DNA from: Octopus vulgaris
Lineage: Eukaryota
DNA: 64,000 nt
Assembly (NCBI GenBank): GCA_951406725.2
Contig: OX597825.1
Span: 70,122,001-70,186,000, forward strand
Direction of reading: 5' to 3'
How positions within the stretch are numbered: the first letter of the stretch is position 1; each line of letters opens with the position of its first letter. Under the pieces are notes generated by a model that did not search any database, had not been told where the DNA came from, and was given only the letters and a program-made list of their open reading frames with translations. Below, one piece after another: positions 15,564-29,611 of the stretch. The translations under genes were made by a program, and so were the position numbers.

Positions 15564-16478
15564 TGAAAGCCAAACGGAACAAGAAAAATAAATCATTTAC
15601 AATCAAGAAACAAAAAAATTCTTGAAATTCAATTTTTTTTCCATATTTTTAGATTTAAGAATTAGTTCGTTTCAAACGTCAGCCGAAGACATTAATTCCA
15701 CTGATTCTTTCAAAAAATGGCTTCGACAAGATGTGTTTTAAATCCTGTATAATGGATTTTAAATCTTAGACAACATATTGCAGTTTGAAAAATGAATTCT
15801 TGAAATACGCATTTCCATATTCTTGCTAGATATTGGCAGTGGGTCAACCGGAAAAGGTTCCGCTCTGAATACGATACGGGTCTTGCAAAAGAAAATCTTA
15901 TCCCTTTATCTTAGAAGTTCAAAGTCGAAATAACCTCGAGGTTAACTTTCTTAATCATTTATTCATATTCGATGTAATAATGGTATCAAATTTTGCCACA
16001 AGGGCAGTGATTTTGGAGAAGGTTAAGTCAATTGCAATTACAAAGTGCTCAAATGGTTCTTATTTGAGAGGAAGAAGGGCAAAGTAGACTTTGAGACTGA
16101 CGAAATGCCACTGAGCATTTGGCTTGGCGCGGTAACGATTCTGCCTGGTTGCCGCCTTTATACTCGATAAATTAATATGTTCTGGATATGGGTGTCACTC
16201 CGACAATTAACTATCTCGACCCCTCTTTTCTTGCTTTTTTTTTTTTTTTTTTCTATCCCTTCCGAAGATAAATTAAATAAGTATCAGTCTAGCAATGAGG
16301 TAGATTCTTTTGACTGAAATACCGGCATTGCAAAAAAGAAAGAAAAACGAAGTAATCTTTATTCCTTCTTCTAAAGTTATATACACTATGAAATCTGAAA
16401 TATATAATATAATGAGCTGGTATACATCGTCAACATCACATTCTCTCCACACATATATGCGTGTTCGTATATATATAT

Positions 16479-16519
<41 letters not shown>

Positions 16520-16520
16520 C

Positions 16521-16709
16521 TAGTCGCCATGATATATCGTTAGCCACTACACACATTTTTTTCTCTCCTTGTTTTTTTCTGCGTCTCTTTCTGCAGAAGA
16601 GCGTAGGCTCGAAACATAAAAGACTTTTTCTATTCCTGAGCGTTATACTAATGCATCTGTTTGTTTTGTACACCACCTGTCTTTGTCTTTTGTTTTTTTC
16701 GTAAACCCT

Positions 16710-16712
<3 letters not shown>
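16521..16712 (+). mobile_element. family H copy, hammerhead-like motif at 16587-16622
   Basis: cttt CUGCAGA a gagcgtaggctc GAAAC AUA aaag, between two (TA)n tracts. Confidence 0.65.
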
Positions 16713-16755
<43 letters not shown>

Positions 16756-16764
<9 letters not shown>

Positions 16765-17479
16765 CAACAATTGAGGGTAAAATTAATTAATTAATCAATT
16801 TTACCAAGTATTCAGTATACAAAGGGACCATTTAAGGCGAATTCAAATTATTACATTATATAAAAGGGCTTAGTAAAATAAATTACTTTGCCGCATACTG
16901 AACTCATTAGAAATAGCAGCTAAAAAAACTTTTTCAAAAACTATTTCCAATACTTAAAGAAAACCTCTCTCATATAGTGTTTGCTCAATTCAACTCACAA
17001 AAGTATGGGGGTAGAGACATTAAAAAATCAAATGCAAAGGTTATTTGAGAACGTACGTTTCAAGATTAGTCAAAATCGACACTTCTATCATCAGCTCAGA
17101 ACTCCCTTGGTTTGGATTTGAAAACACTGAAAGTGGGAGCATACCCTTTCGGCTTGTTATCACCTCTGAAGATCTGCTCAAAACTAACAGTGCCAGCAAA
17201 TTCAAATATGCAAGCGAAGAATTTCTGCTCTCCCCTTTCCACCAGCGTGGGTTAAAATCAGCAAACACTATGTTTTTTTCGGTAAAATCCGAGGCATTAT
17301 ATAGAGAGAGATGAATTATAATTTCAACAATTGAGGGTAAAATTAATTAATTAATCAATTTTACCAAGTATTCAGTATTGGAAATAGTTTTTGAAAAAGT
17401 TTTTTTAGCTGCTATTTCTAATGAGTTCAGTATGCGGCAAAGTAATTTATTTTACTAAGCCCTTTTATATAATGTAATA

Positions 17480-17484
<5 letters not shown>
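16756..17484. repeat. partial direct repeat plus inverted repeat element (Penelope-like architecture)
   Basis: About 16756-16817 is repeated at about 17316-17378. About 16845-16953 is inverted at about 17375-17484. Hammerhead motif inside, (TA)n on both sides. Confidence 0.88.
17046..17098 (-). ncRNA. minimal type I hammerhead ribozyme motif
   Basis: Minus strand: tgag CUGAUGA t aga..gtc gatttt gac..tct t GAAAC gtac GUU ctca. Stem I tgag/ctca. Stem III is the palindrome AACGTACGTT (dimer-type). Confidence 0.7.
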
Positions 17485-17517
<33 letters not shown>

Positions 17518-17863
17518 AGAGAGAGAGAGAAAACGAAGTGTGCGTACGCCACGATATATATATATATATATAATACAAAATGGGACAAGAATGCAAAACA
17601 TCCAGACAACTAGATGATACAAAAAGGGACAACAAAACATCCAGATAGACGATACAAAAACACAAGGACGAGTCATTCGAAGATTTCTATCCTCGGTCAA
17701 GAACCGGATCATCCTCGCAATTTCGGCTGATTAATCTTGAGATTGCTCCAATCTGGCCTGCCCCAAGGAAAAACTAAGCTAAAAGCATTAGATTCCTTGA
17801 AGGAAGCATCGAATGTATACGAAAACAAAGACGGAAAGACACCTGTTGTTATGTCCTGTTATA

Positions 17864-17953
<90 letters not shown>

Positions 17954-17954
17954 G

Positions 17955-18006
<52 letters not shown>

Positions 18007-18370
18007 CATTATTATTATTATTTTTTTTTGTATTTTGTATTTATATTTGTGTAACATCGTCTGGCAAAATTTGGTACCATTATTACATCGTCATAAAATG
18101 TGTACGTCGTGGCATATCGCATCATTGCCCCCTATATCTCATTTATGCCGGCAACATATATAAATAGTTTTGCGATTTTGCAACATCCAGCACGAATATT
18201 GGTGATCAAGAAATTAAATTTGCTGATCAAGAAATTAAATCCAGTAGAGTATTTGGAAAAGAATTGCGAGTTAAAGAAATATTTCAGAAGCACATATTAA
18301 AACGAAATAACTGTAATACATATATATGCATTTCACTAGAAGTGTGTATAAAACTCAAAAACATACATAC

Positions 18371-18513
18371 GTGGTAAGTAGCTTGCTTACGACCCACATG
18401 GATCCCACTGCGTGGCACCTTGGCCAAGTGTATTCTACTATAGCCTCGGGCCGACCAAAGCCTTGTGAGTGGATTTGGTAGACGGAAACTGAAAGAAGCC
18501 CGTCGCATATATG

Positions 18514-18562
<49 letters not shown>

Positions 18563-18782
18563 GCGACCTCGTGTGTACCGTTGGCGATTTTTGCCCCTCT
18601 GTCTTCCCTTCTCTGGATCTTTCCTTCTCCTATGTTTCCGACGAAGAGCTCCGCTCGAAACGAAAAACCCTCCTTCTTTCCTTCTTTCCTGAGCGTCCAA
18701 TAATACTATATTTGTTCCACGTCCTCGCGTTGTTGTGGTTTTTTGTGCTTTCTTGTTTGGATTAACTATATATATATATATA

Positions 18783-18866
<84 letters not shown>

Positions 18867-19078
18867 TGTGTTTGTTTTTGTCCCCCCAACATCACTTGAC
18901 AACCGATGCTGGTGTGTTTACGTTCCCGTAACATTAGCAGTTCGGCAAAAGACTCCAATAGAATAAGTACTAGGCTTACAAAGAATAAGTCCTGGGGTCG
19001 ATTTGCTCGACTAATGGCGGTGCTCCAGCATGGCCACAGTCAAAATGACTGAAACAAGTAACAGTGTAATAAAAGAAG
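18371..19078 (+). mobile_element. SINE family A with a nested hammerhead-like insert in its internal (TA)n
   Basis: Both SINE halves are intact on either side of the 18563-18766 insert. Confidence 0.82.
18563..18766 (+). mobile_element. family-H-related element with a hammerhead-like motif at 18634-18668
   Basis: gttt CCGACGA a gagc tcc gctc GAAAC GAA aaac. Shares the downstream ttcctgagcgt...taatac with family H. (TA)n on both sides. Confidence 0.55.
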
Positions 19079-19085
19079 AGATACA

Positions 19086-19116
<31 letters not shown>

Positions 19117-19346
19117 CCTGTTGTTGATGTTGAAGCTCTAATGAAGGAGCCTTAGATCTAGGCTAGAAACCAGTTCTCTATTGGCAAGAAATCTTGAAAT
19201 AAACTGACTGACATACATACATACATACATACATACATACATACATACATACATACATACATACATACATACATACATACATACATACATACATACATAC
19301 ATACATACATACATACATACATACATACATACATACATGCATACAT

Positions 19347-19890
19347 GGTGGCTGCCCGCTCGTTATCGAGTTTGGCCATTGCACAAAGTTTAATCAATGT
19401 TGTTGTCGTGCAATGCCTGTGCAAGAAGATTTTTTTAAAGTGAGGAAAGGCTGTGTACAGAGTCAATCCCACTCTCTAAGCAACAGCAGCCATAATCCGA
19501 AAAGAAGAACAAGTCAGCATCATCGGTAACCACTGAGCCGCAGTTTTTATATCGGAGTTATCCCAGTTACCTGAGTTACCTTCTCCTAGAAGGATGCCGT
19601 AACAAAGGCTAGGAGACCTTCACTCCCAATGGTTTAACCGCGCGATCGGGTATTCAGTCCGATTATTTTTATGTCCCTGAGCATGATACAGCCTTAAGAC
19701 ATTTATTGGATGGCCGTTGACTCGCAAGTGTTCCTCCACCCTTTGACGGGTTTTGTTTTTCATCCTGCAGGGTGTCCAATAAACACCCTCCTCACTAAGC
19801 AAGCTTGGTGGGGTTGCCGGTTTAGTCACCGACGGCCCGACCATGCAACAGTTTGTACTAGGTTACATATTACCAGTAGCACTCGAAAGT
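19347..19890 (-). mobile_element. probable RTE-related non-autonomous element within (CATA)n
   Basis: Moderately GC-rich island between CATA microsatellites. The ccttctcctagaaggatgccgtaacaaaggct segment resembles RTE 5' regions. No intact ORF. Confidence 0.4.
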
Positions 19891-20499
19891 GAGATGCATA
19901 CATACATACATACATAAATACATACATACATACGTACATAAATGCATACATACATACATGCATACATACATACATATATACGTACATACATGCATACATA
20001 TATACGTACATACATGCATACATACGTACATACATGCATACAACATACATACATGCATACATACATACATACATAATTACATACATACATACATAATTAC
20101 ATACATACATACATACATATGTACATACATACATATGTACATACATGCATAGATAAGGCGAGTTTCGTTCAGTTTCTGTCTATCAAATCAACTCAGGGTG
20201 CGAAGCTGTAGTAGAAAATATTATGCTCATAGTCCCATTCAGTGGGACTGAACCCGAAAGCTGGTTGTTGGGAGACAAAATTCTTGCCGCGCAAAGATGC
20301 TTGTCTATTTGACAAGTTTGATATAATTCGCACTCACACACACACACATACATACACGCGCGTACACACACACACGCACACGTACACACACACACACACG
20401 TACACGTGTACATATGAAAGTATATGTGTGTAAGGATCCATCTGCCACAGAGAGTGGGGAGGAGAGAATGAGAGAGAGGGAAAGAAACACAGCGGGAGA

Positions 20500-20516
20500 G
20501 AGCGAGAGACAGGTTA

Positions 20517-20569
<53 letters not shown>

Positions 20570-21245
20570 GAAGAAGGAGGAGGAGGAGGAGGAGGAGGAG
20601 GAGGGGGGCGTGGAGGAGGAGGAGGGCGTGGAGGAGGGCGTGGAGGAGGGCGTGGAGGACGAGAAGAAGAAGAGAAAAAGAAGAAGAAGAAGAAGAAGAA
20701 AAGGAAGAGGAGGACGGGGAGGAGGTGGAGGGGAGGAGTGGGAGGAAAGTGGAGGAGGACGAGAAGAAGAGGAAGTCAAAAAAAAGAAGAAGAAGAAGAA
20801 GAAGAAGAAGAAGAAGAAGAAGAAAAAGAGGAGCAGGAGCCGGAGGAGGAGAAGAAGAAGGAAAAGAAGAAGAGAAAAAGAAGAAGAGAAAAAGAAGAAG
20901 AGAAAAAGAAGGGGGAGGAGGAGGGGAAGGAGGACGAGAAGAGGAAGTGGAAGAAGAAGAACAAGAAGAACAAGAACAAGAACAAGAACAAGAAGAAGCA
21001 GCAGAAGAAGAAGAAGAAGAAGAAGAAGAAGCAGAAGAAGAAGAAGAAGAAGAAGAAGAAGAAGAAGAAGAAGAAGAAGAGGAAAAGGAGGAGGCGGACG
21101 GGGTGTAGGTGGATCAGGAGGAGTGGGGGAAAACTGGAGGAGGACGAGAAGAAGAAGAAGAAGAAGAAGAAGAAGAAGAAGAAGAAGAAGAAGAAGAAGG
21201 AGAAGAAGAAGAAGAAGAAGGAGAGGAGGAGGAGAACGAGGGAGA
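20500..21245 (+). repeat. (GA)n/(GGA)n/(GAA)n polypurine tract
   Basis: Direct reading. Confidence 0.95.
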
Positions 21246-21544
21246 AGCAGTAGTAGCTGCGTAGATGGGGAGTAATATTTTACCATATCCATTCATTTTG
21301 TGGTTTATGGTAGACAACTCGTACAAAAATATAGTAAGAGTTATCTCCCTTGAATCTTTTCTTTTTTTTTATGAGATATATGTTACGGGGATTTCGAGAA
21401 ACGACAACCTTTTATTAATTTTTATATTTAACGTAATATCAACTTCTCCTTCTACGATTTTATATCACTCTCCTATTTCTGTCTCTATTATGGATGTCTC
21501 TTTCTACATGTATGCATGTATGTATGTATTTATGTAAGACTTCT

Positions 21545-21756
21545 TTCTTTACTTTTTTCAGTCATTTGACTGCAGCCATGCTGGAGCAACGCTTTTAGTC
21601 GATCAAATCGACCCCAGAGCTCATTTTTTGCAAGCCTAGTACTTATTGTATCGGTCTCTTTGAACAACCGCTAAGTTACGGGGATGTAAACTCACCAGTA
21701 TCGGTTGTCAAGCGATGTTGGGGGGGGACAAACATAGACACACAAACACACACACT

Positions 21757-21789
<33 letters not shown>

Positions 21790-21918
21790 ACATATATATA
21801 TATATATATATACATATACGACGGGCTTCTTCCAGTTTCCGCCTACCAAATCCACTCACAAGGCTTTGGTTGGCCCGAGGCTACGGTAGAAGACACTTGT
21901 CCAAGGTGCCACGCAGCT
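21545..21918 (-). mobile_element. SINE family A
   Basis: Reverse complement of the family A body. Confidence 0.82.
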
Positions 21919-21940
21919 CAACTTTGACTTTCATCCTTTC

Positions 21941-22102
<162 letters not shown>

Positions 22103-22839
22103 GAAGGCACATTTAAAAAAATAAGCTTGTATTCATACATATGTGTGTCTGTGTGTTTGTCCTTTTGACAAACATCCAGAGACAAGCCAGGGACATGGAT
22201 ATATTGCCGTTGGTTTCGTTTGTCCGGCATTTAGCGCTACACTAAAAAGAAAGAATGATAGCAAATTATAATGATTACTGGCATCGGTTCGATTGACTAT
22301 ATCCTTCCACACAGTGCAACCGCCGCCATTCAATGGGGGGAAAAAAAAAAACAAAGAAAAAAAAAGATATGAGTATCGTTCTTCAACGAAGTATAACAGA
22401 GATAATATATTCAAGGGATAAAACTCTCACAACAAATTCTAAGAATTGTCTCCTCTTGAATATATGGTGGCGCTGTTTTTCCTTTTTTTTTTGGCCTGTT
22501 TTTTAACGTTCAAACAAAATAATATATCTGTTCCAAAGCAACAAGGGGGAAGGATATCTTTTTGATACAATAAAGTGGGCTACGAATGCATAAGTGCTTA
22601 TTGATGGACGTTTCTGCTCTGCGATAAATAATGACGTGGCTGTGCAGTAGGACATTTGCTTTCAAACCACATAGTTCCGTGTTCAATCCCACGTCGTGGC
22701 AACTTGGGCGAGTGTCTTAATATTATAACCTCGGGCCGACTAGCTCCTCGTGAGTGGATTTGGTAGACAGAAACTGAAAGGTGCCATTGTGTGTGTGTGT
22801 ATCTGTGTCTGTGCGCGCGTATGTATATATTTTCTCTTC

Positions 22840-23316
22840 TGTCTTTAAGTTCTGTCCGATTTTACCTTTTTTAAGATTGAATGAAATTTAATACTATTTA
22901 AGAATGTCTAATGGTATTAAAAATTATTTTTATGCATTTATGTACATTTAAACTAATTAAATATTATTTTACAGAATAATAGAATTAAAATTTCTTTGAT
23001 TAAAACCCTTTCTAACATGGAAGTATCCAAAGGGCATTTGAGGCATATAATGCTTTATGAGTACAAAAAAAGAAACTTTGCAGCCGAAGCGACTCGTAAC
23101 ATACACTCAATTTATGGGAAGGAATGCTTGAATGGAAGAACTTGCAGAAGATGGTTTCCAAAATTCAGAAATGGAGATTTCAGCCTTGAGGATGAAGATC
23201 GAACAGGACGTTTAGTTGAGTTTGATGATAAGATCCTTGAGGCTTTACTTGAAGAAAATCCTGCATTATCAGTTGAAGAACTGGCAATAAAACTTAGTTC
23301 AAACCATAAAACTATT
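22840..23316 (+). mobile_element. mariner (Mos1/SETMAR-like) transposase 5' fragment, HTH domains only
   Basis: ORF from ATG 23017: MEVSKGHLRHIMLYEYKK...AAEATRNI...TCRRWFPKFRNGDFSLEDEDRTGR...EELA. Typical mariner N-terminal HTH. Truncated before the DD34D domain. Confidence 0.88.
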
Positions 23317-24085
23317 AGTTGCCTTGTTAACCCACAAATAAAGTATGCGTGTGCTGTGCCGAGTGTGTGTCTGTGTGTGTGGTGTCGGCATGTAGTGTGT
23401 GTGTGTGTATGTGCGTTCATAAAGACACACTAAATAATGAAGAATTACGCATCATTAATTAATATCTTCCATAAAATAAGACGTCAATACTATTTTCTGT
23501 TATGTAAGTGTTTTTAGTGTCCATAGATGCGATGGTTCTTTGCAACTAATCAATTCTTATCGAACTAATAGTAGAACTATGCATATCTAAAGATAGATGC
23601 GAGCACATAACATTTTAAAGACGTTCTTCCAAGGGATTTTGAAGCAAATTCGTTGAGTAGCTCATCTGTTGCACCAAATCAATCTTCTTTTGTAACAAAT
23701 ATATTATACATGTTCAAATATAAAAAGTCTGCAAGACATTATCGAAACTGGAAACGTAAATTTTTCACGTAAAATAAAACGAAAACGAAAGAAAAATATA
23801 TATTATTTTGATTGTCTTTTAATGAGTTCTTTACAGATATATCACCGAACACATGGTCGACCTTAAGAAATTCTAATACTTCAATCAGGAAGAGAAAATA
23901 TTTTATACATATATACATAAATCCTACATTCATACCCTACAAACATGCATACATATATATATATACATACCTACATTTATACAGATATATGAGAATACTT
24001 ACATGCATATGAACATACATACATACTTGTTGTGCATATCTTTACATAAATATTAGAAGATATATTTATACATAGACATACAAGC

Positions 24086-24174
<89 letters not shown>

Positions 24175-24179
24175 TATAT

Positions 24180-24259
<80 letters not shown>

Positions 24260-24563
24260 GAATGCTTTTCTTAAGCGGTGTCGAGTTTTACAATTCTGTA
24301 ATTAATAATAATTTTTTATAATGGTATATTTATAAAAAATACCATTATTAATATATATATATAAGGATAATTTTATAACTTCGTTAAACCGGAAAGTAAT
24401 TTGGTTAAACCGGAAATTAAAAAATAGGACTGCAGCTGGAAGTGGTCAGGTGACACTGGGGCGAAAGGTGAAATTGAAAGGTATTATGAATTAACGCTCT
24501 AATCGGTCAACTTAAACCCTTTATAATTACAAATACAAGATAGAATGCAGGTGTCACACACAG

Positions 24564-24675
<112 letters not shown>

Positions 24676-25081
24676 GGGAGTATAACTCCAAACTTATAGG
24701 GAAAAATTCAATTTAGTATTAAATCAAATTTCACAGTATAAATAAATGTTTGAGTTGCATAATACTGATTTTATCTCTAATTTATATTTTATATTATATA
24801 TATATGTATGTATGTAAATATGTATGTATGTATGTATGTATGATTGTATACATACATGCATGCATGCATGTGTGTGTGTGTGTGTGTGTGTGTGAATAAA
24901 CATTGAAGTAAACATTGTTTAATCACAAATTCAAATAGAAAATATGTACACATAACCAGTCACAAGAATCGAACCACAAGACTGTTGCAATCCAAACAAC
25001 CGTAGTAACCTTTTCACCAAAGCAAACATGCACGGTTCCTCTGCATAAAGCGCCAGCACACGCCATACATCCTAATATATA

Positions 25082-25665
25082 TTTCTTTACTACACACAGA
25101 GAGGACAAACAAGGACATACATGGGTATTAAGTCGATTACATCGACCTCACTGCGTTACTAGTACTTAATTCATCGACCCCGAAATGATGAAAGGCAAAG
25201 TCGACCTAGGTGGAATTTGAACTCAGAACGTAGCGGCAAATGAAATACCTATTTCTTTACTACCCACAAGGGGCTAAACACAGAGGGGACAAACAAGGAC
25301 AAATAAATGGATTAAGTCGATTACATCGATCCCGGTGCACACCTGGTACTTATTTAATCGACCCCGAAAGGATGAAAGGCAAAGTCGATCTCGGCGGAAT
25401 TTGAACTCAGAACGTAACGGCAGACGAAATACCTATTTCTTTATTACCCACAAGGGACTAAACACAGAGGGGACAAACAAGGACAGACATAGGTATTAAG
25501 TCGATTCCATCGACCCCAGTGCGCAACTGGTACTTAATTTATCGACCCCGAAAGGATGAAAGGCAAAGTCGACCTCGGCGGAATTTGAACTCACAAAGGT
25601 AACGGCAGACGAAATACCGCTAAGCATATCGCCCGGCGTGCTAACGTTTCTGCAAGCTCGTCGCC
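25082..25665 (-). mobile_element. SINE family B tandem array (3 units)
   Basis: Three units of about 180 bp, one head. Confidence 0.87.
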
Positions 25666-26249
25666 ATTATGCATGCTAATATTTGCAGCCAACAAATTAA
25701 ATACGCTTTAGACACAGATCCAGGATAGGGAAATTTTGTACAGAAACGCCAACAGGAACTGAACCATCGATTATATAATTTGCCACTATTGTGTCTGTGT
25801 CCTGCAGAACTTGGGGTTCCTTGCGTTTTTGCTTTTTTTTTTTTTTTGTTTGTTATCATATTTGCATTGAGAATCTCATGTGGAAACTATATTAGGTGAT
25901 AAATAGTAAATAAATAAATAAACTTATCTTTATATACAGCCTATAGGATTATATATAGCCTATAGCTACGAAATATCGAAAATTCTCCCGTAAATTGTGA
26001 GTAAGATATAAGCAAAGAAGATGGCATACTGACACGCTACGTGTTAAAAAAAAAAGATTTACATTAAAACCATGTTGCTTTGGTGTAAGGAAACAAAATG
26101 GACGTTGCTCCAGTCCTCCTTTCGATCGCCTTAGCCCGCAGGGTGTGGCATCATTTGATAGCTACAACGATGCAAAGCGCATTGTGACCAGCGATGTGTA
26201 ACAGCGTCTGATAGTCAGTCAGTCACGTGATATATATATATATATATAT

Positions 26250-26288
<39 letters not shown>

Positions 26289-26390
26289 AAATTGTATATA
26301 TAAATCCATGCAATTTTGTATAAACATGTACATGTATACTTATATATGTATATATATATATATGTATGTATATATATATGTGTGTGTATG

Positions 26391-26436
<46 letters not shown>

Positions 26437-27315
26437 AGCATATATTTGCTTATCTTTACACTCAAGTTCACTAAGACACACTCACGCGTGGCAAACATGC
26501 AGACACAATATTTGTACACCTTAAATATACCAATCAATGATTGCAGAAATGTTTGTGGCGGACAAGAGAATCATACTGATATAAATACTTTTTTTTTTTT
26601 ACCACATTATAATATTGTTATCACACAATAATGTTTTCGACTAATAACCCTTTCACAAAACTTGACATTTTTTTTTTTTTTTTTTTGTGGGGGGGGGGGA
26701 AGCAGCTAATCGATTACATCGACTCCCAGTTCTTCACTGGTACTTATTTTAGCGGCTCTGAAATGATGAAAGGTAAAGTTGACTTCGCTCGAAACTTGAA
26801 CTGAAAACGTAAAACCGGAAGAAATGCCGCTAAGCATTTTGTCCGGCTTGCTAACGATTCTGCCAGCTCGGTGTCTTGTTATCATGCAATAATGATTTCT
26901 TTTATAAGTATAAAATCACAAATAGACAGAAAGGGTAGGTAGGTATTTACCATTAATTTTGGCACCAATATAGCAATGGTACATAAAAACTGCAGTTGTT
27001 GATTTTTGTTTTGTTTTTCATAGTCTTTTAATGGTGGGGCAGGGAGGAGGTGCTTAGTTTTTTTAAGTCTTTGAATCTTCCCGAAAATAGTCTTTTTGAT
27101 TTTCTTTTGTGTGTATATTAAACACATTAGCTTTCATTTTATTTGTCTTTTTGTTGTTGTTTTTTTTTTTACTAATGGCTGACAAAATATCATGTTAACA
27201 TCGAAAGTGTCCATATATATTCTATCTCGTAGCAACGAGTTTGTTCATATGCCAAGCTTTCAAAGAAATCTCTTCAGTAAGATCAGATAAAAAGTAAGTT
27301 TAGTTTATATATCTA

Positions 27316-27325
27316 TTTATTTATT
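27316..27325 (-). promoter_or_regulatory. candidate polyadenylation signal (overlapping AATAAA) for the LC3C-like gene
   Basis: Plus strand reads tttatttatt, giving AATAAA twice on minus about 25-35 nt after the stop codon. AT-rich context makes a chance match likely. Confidence 0.25.
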
Positions 27326-27349
27326 GGCTTTTAATGATCAAATTCTTGG

Positions 27350-27587
27350 TCACGAACTTCTCCAGCTAACGTCCGTCGTTTTGCATGGAAAATTGTGTGA
27401 AAAGCAGTGGTAATTTCGGCTCTCAAGCCCTCCAAAGACTTCTTGTGATGCGTAATGGAAATACAAAAATCCATCTTTGTCTTTTTCGATCTGGTAAAGT
27501 TCAGCAACTGTGCAGGTCATTGTGACTAACGTTTTACTGTTGACTACCAGAAATAGTGTCTGTGTGTTCTTTAGCTTTAATCGTTGT
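27350..27587 (-). CDS. MAP1LC3C: LC3C-like coding exon 4 (…KDKDGFLYFHYASQEVFG plus C-terminal extension)
   Basis: tattttcag acceptor. KD.DGFLY..YASQE.FG is the ATG8 C-terminal signature. Stop at 27350. Confidence 0.93.
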
Positions 27588-27838
27588 CTGAAAATATACA
27601 AATGAAAGACATCGGTTTTACAACAGTATAATATTTCGTTCGTTTACAACAAAGTATGTGCATAAGTGTAAACACACACAAACGCCACACACACAAACAC
27701 ATACATACATACATAGACACACACATATAGTAAAAATGAATTTCGTTGAAGAGATTTTCCTAGCGAAATGCGAAACCGGTAGACTATCATAATATTTTAC
27801 CCTTTAAAATATAAATTGCATGCTTCTTCCTTCTTTTG

Positions 27839-27885
<47 letters not shown>

Positions 27886-27886
<1 letters not shown>

Positions 27887-28077
27887 CGCCACGATAGATC
27901 GATAGCCACTACACACTTTTTTTCTCCTTATTTTTTTTTTCTGTGTCCCTTTCTGTAGAAGAGCGTAGGCTCGAAACATAAAAGACTTTTCAATTCATGA
28001 GCGTTATATTATTACATCTGTTTGTTGTCTACACCTACTGTCTTCGTCTTTTGTTTTGTTTTTGTGAATTCTCCCTC
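27886..28077 (+). mobile_element. family H copy (LC3C intron 3), motif at 27949-27984
   Basis: cttt CUGUAGA a gagcgtaggctc GAAAC AUA aaag, with (TA)n on the left. Confidence 0.65.
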
Positions 28078-28107
28078 TATACATACATACATACATACAT
28101 ACATACA

Positions 28108-28139
<32 letters not shown>

Positions 28140-28251
28140 CATATATATATATATATACAAACATATATGCATACATACATACACACATACACACATACAT
28201 ACATACATAAATACATACATACATACATACATACATACATACATACATACA

Positions 28252-28285
<34 letters not shown>

Positions 28286-28506
28286 CATACATACTTATAC
28301 ATATTGCATATGTTTTATATATGCACACACACACACACACATTTCCGCATATACTGTAAAAGATAAATGGATTTCCGTCGGTTTCAGCGAGGAGTATTCG
28401 GTTGTCCGAATAATTAAAGTACCTGCTTATTGAATTTGCGTGTAAGTGGCTGAGAATTCCGGAAGGAGGCTGAAGGTCAATGTGAAAGCGGATAAATCTC
28501 TCTTAC

Positions 28507-28613
28507 CTGATTACTCCCATCAGTTGTGACATAGTCAGGTCCATCGGAATCAGGAATTTGGTCTTGTCCAAGAAAGGGAGATGTTTTTCTCTGGGACCTC
28601 GTTCAATGATTAC
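28507..28613 (-). CDS. MAP1LC3C: LC3C-like coding exon 3 (VIIERGPREKHLPFLDKTKFLIPMDLTMSQLMGVIR)
   Basis: 107-nt exon, cag acceptor, gtaaga donor. Contains the LDKTKFL LIR-docking signature. Confidence 0.93.
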
Positions 28614-29024
28614 CTGTGTCGGAAGAGGACAATGAAGTCGTTTTAATTCAAGATCATACGACAACAGCAATAAAAGCAACAACAACAACAACACAATCAT
28701 TACAGCAAACAAAAGTCCCCGTATGCAGTCACTCATTCAACGTGCAAGGAATAGCAATCGAATCTCGCCAGCAGATATAGACTCACTCTTCCCTCTAGCA
28801 TCACTTCACCAACAGAGGATCCAGAGTGTGGTAGATGGAGGAAGGAGGACTGCACCAATATCAAACCGGTGATCATTTTTTCTTGGGTGTAGGTGTGTAT
28901 ATGTTTGTACCTACACACATACATAGTAATATATAGATTTTTTGTACTTTCTGCTTTTTGCTACTGTCGTTTATTATCTCCCCTTCTCCCTAGCTCTCCT
29001 TGTATGGCCCTTCTGTCCCTCATT

Positions 29025-29191
29025 CGCCATGATAGATTGCTAGCCACTACACATTCTTTACTTTCTCACCTTGTTTTTTCTGTGTTCCTTTCTGTGGAAG
29101 AGCGTAGGCTCGAAACATTAAAGACTTTTTCACTTCCCGAGCGTTATACTAATACATCTGTTTGTTATCTACACCACCTCACTTCGTCTTT

Positions 29192-29197
<6 letters not shown>
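29025..29197 (+). mobile_element. family H copy (LC3C intron 2), motif at 29088-29123
   Basis: cttt CUGUGGA a gagcgtaggctc GAAAC AUU aaag, with (TA)n on the right. Confidence 0.62.
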
Positions 29198-29270
<73 letters not shown>

Positions 29271-29558
29271 CATGAATATTCATATACCTATCTATCAATG
29301 AATATAATTAAAATTAATCGAAGGACATACTAAGTATGTCTGCCTGCTGGAAATAACAGTCAAACTCTGCCTAGGTAGACTTTGTCTTTCATCTTTTCGG
29401 GGTCAATAAAATAAGTACTAATTGCGTAAGAGGGTCCATGTAATCAAAATGCATCGCGGCATTTTTCCGTGTTCAAATTCCGCCAAGGTCAACTTTCTGG
29501 ATCCTTTCTAGATCGAAAAAATAAGTTACCAGTTGGAGTCGATGTACTACTACTACTG

Positions 29559-29611
<53 letters not shown>

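Noticed and set aside
20183-21292. 369/279/221-aa ORFs
   Set aside because: Same cause: polypurine simple repeat.
25082-25665. Regularly spaced repeats suggestive of a CRISPR array
   Set aside because: Units of about 180 bp repeat in full with no unique spacers. They are SINE multimers in eukaryotic DNA, with no cas genes.
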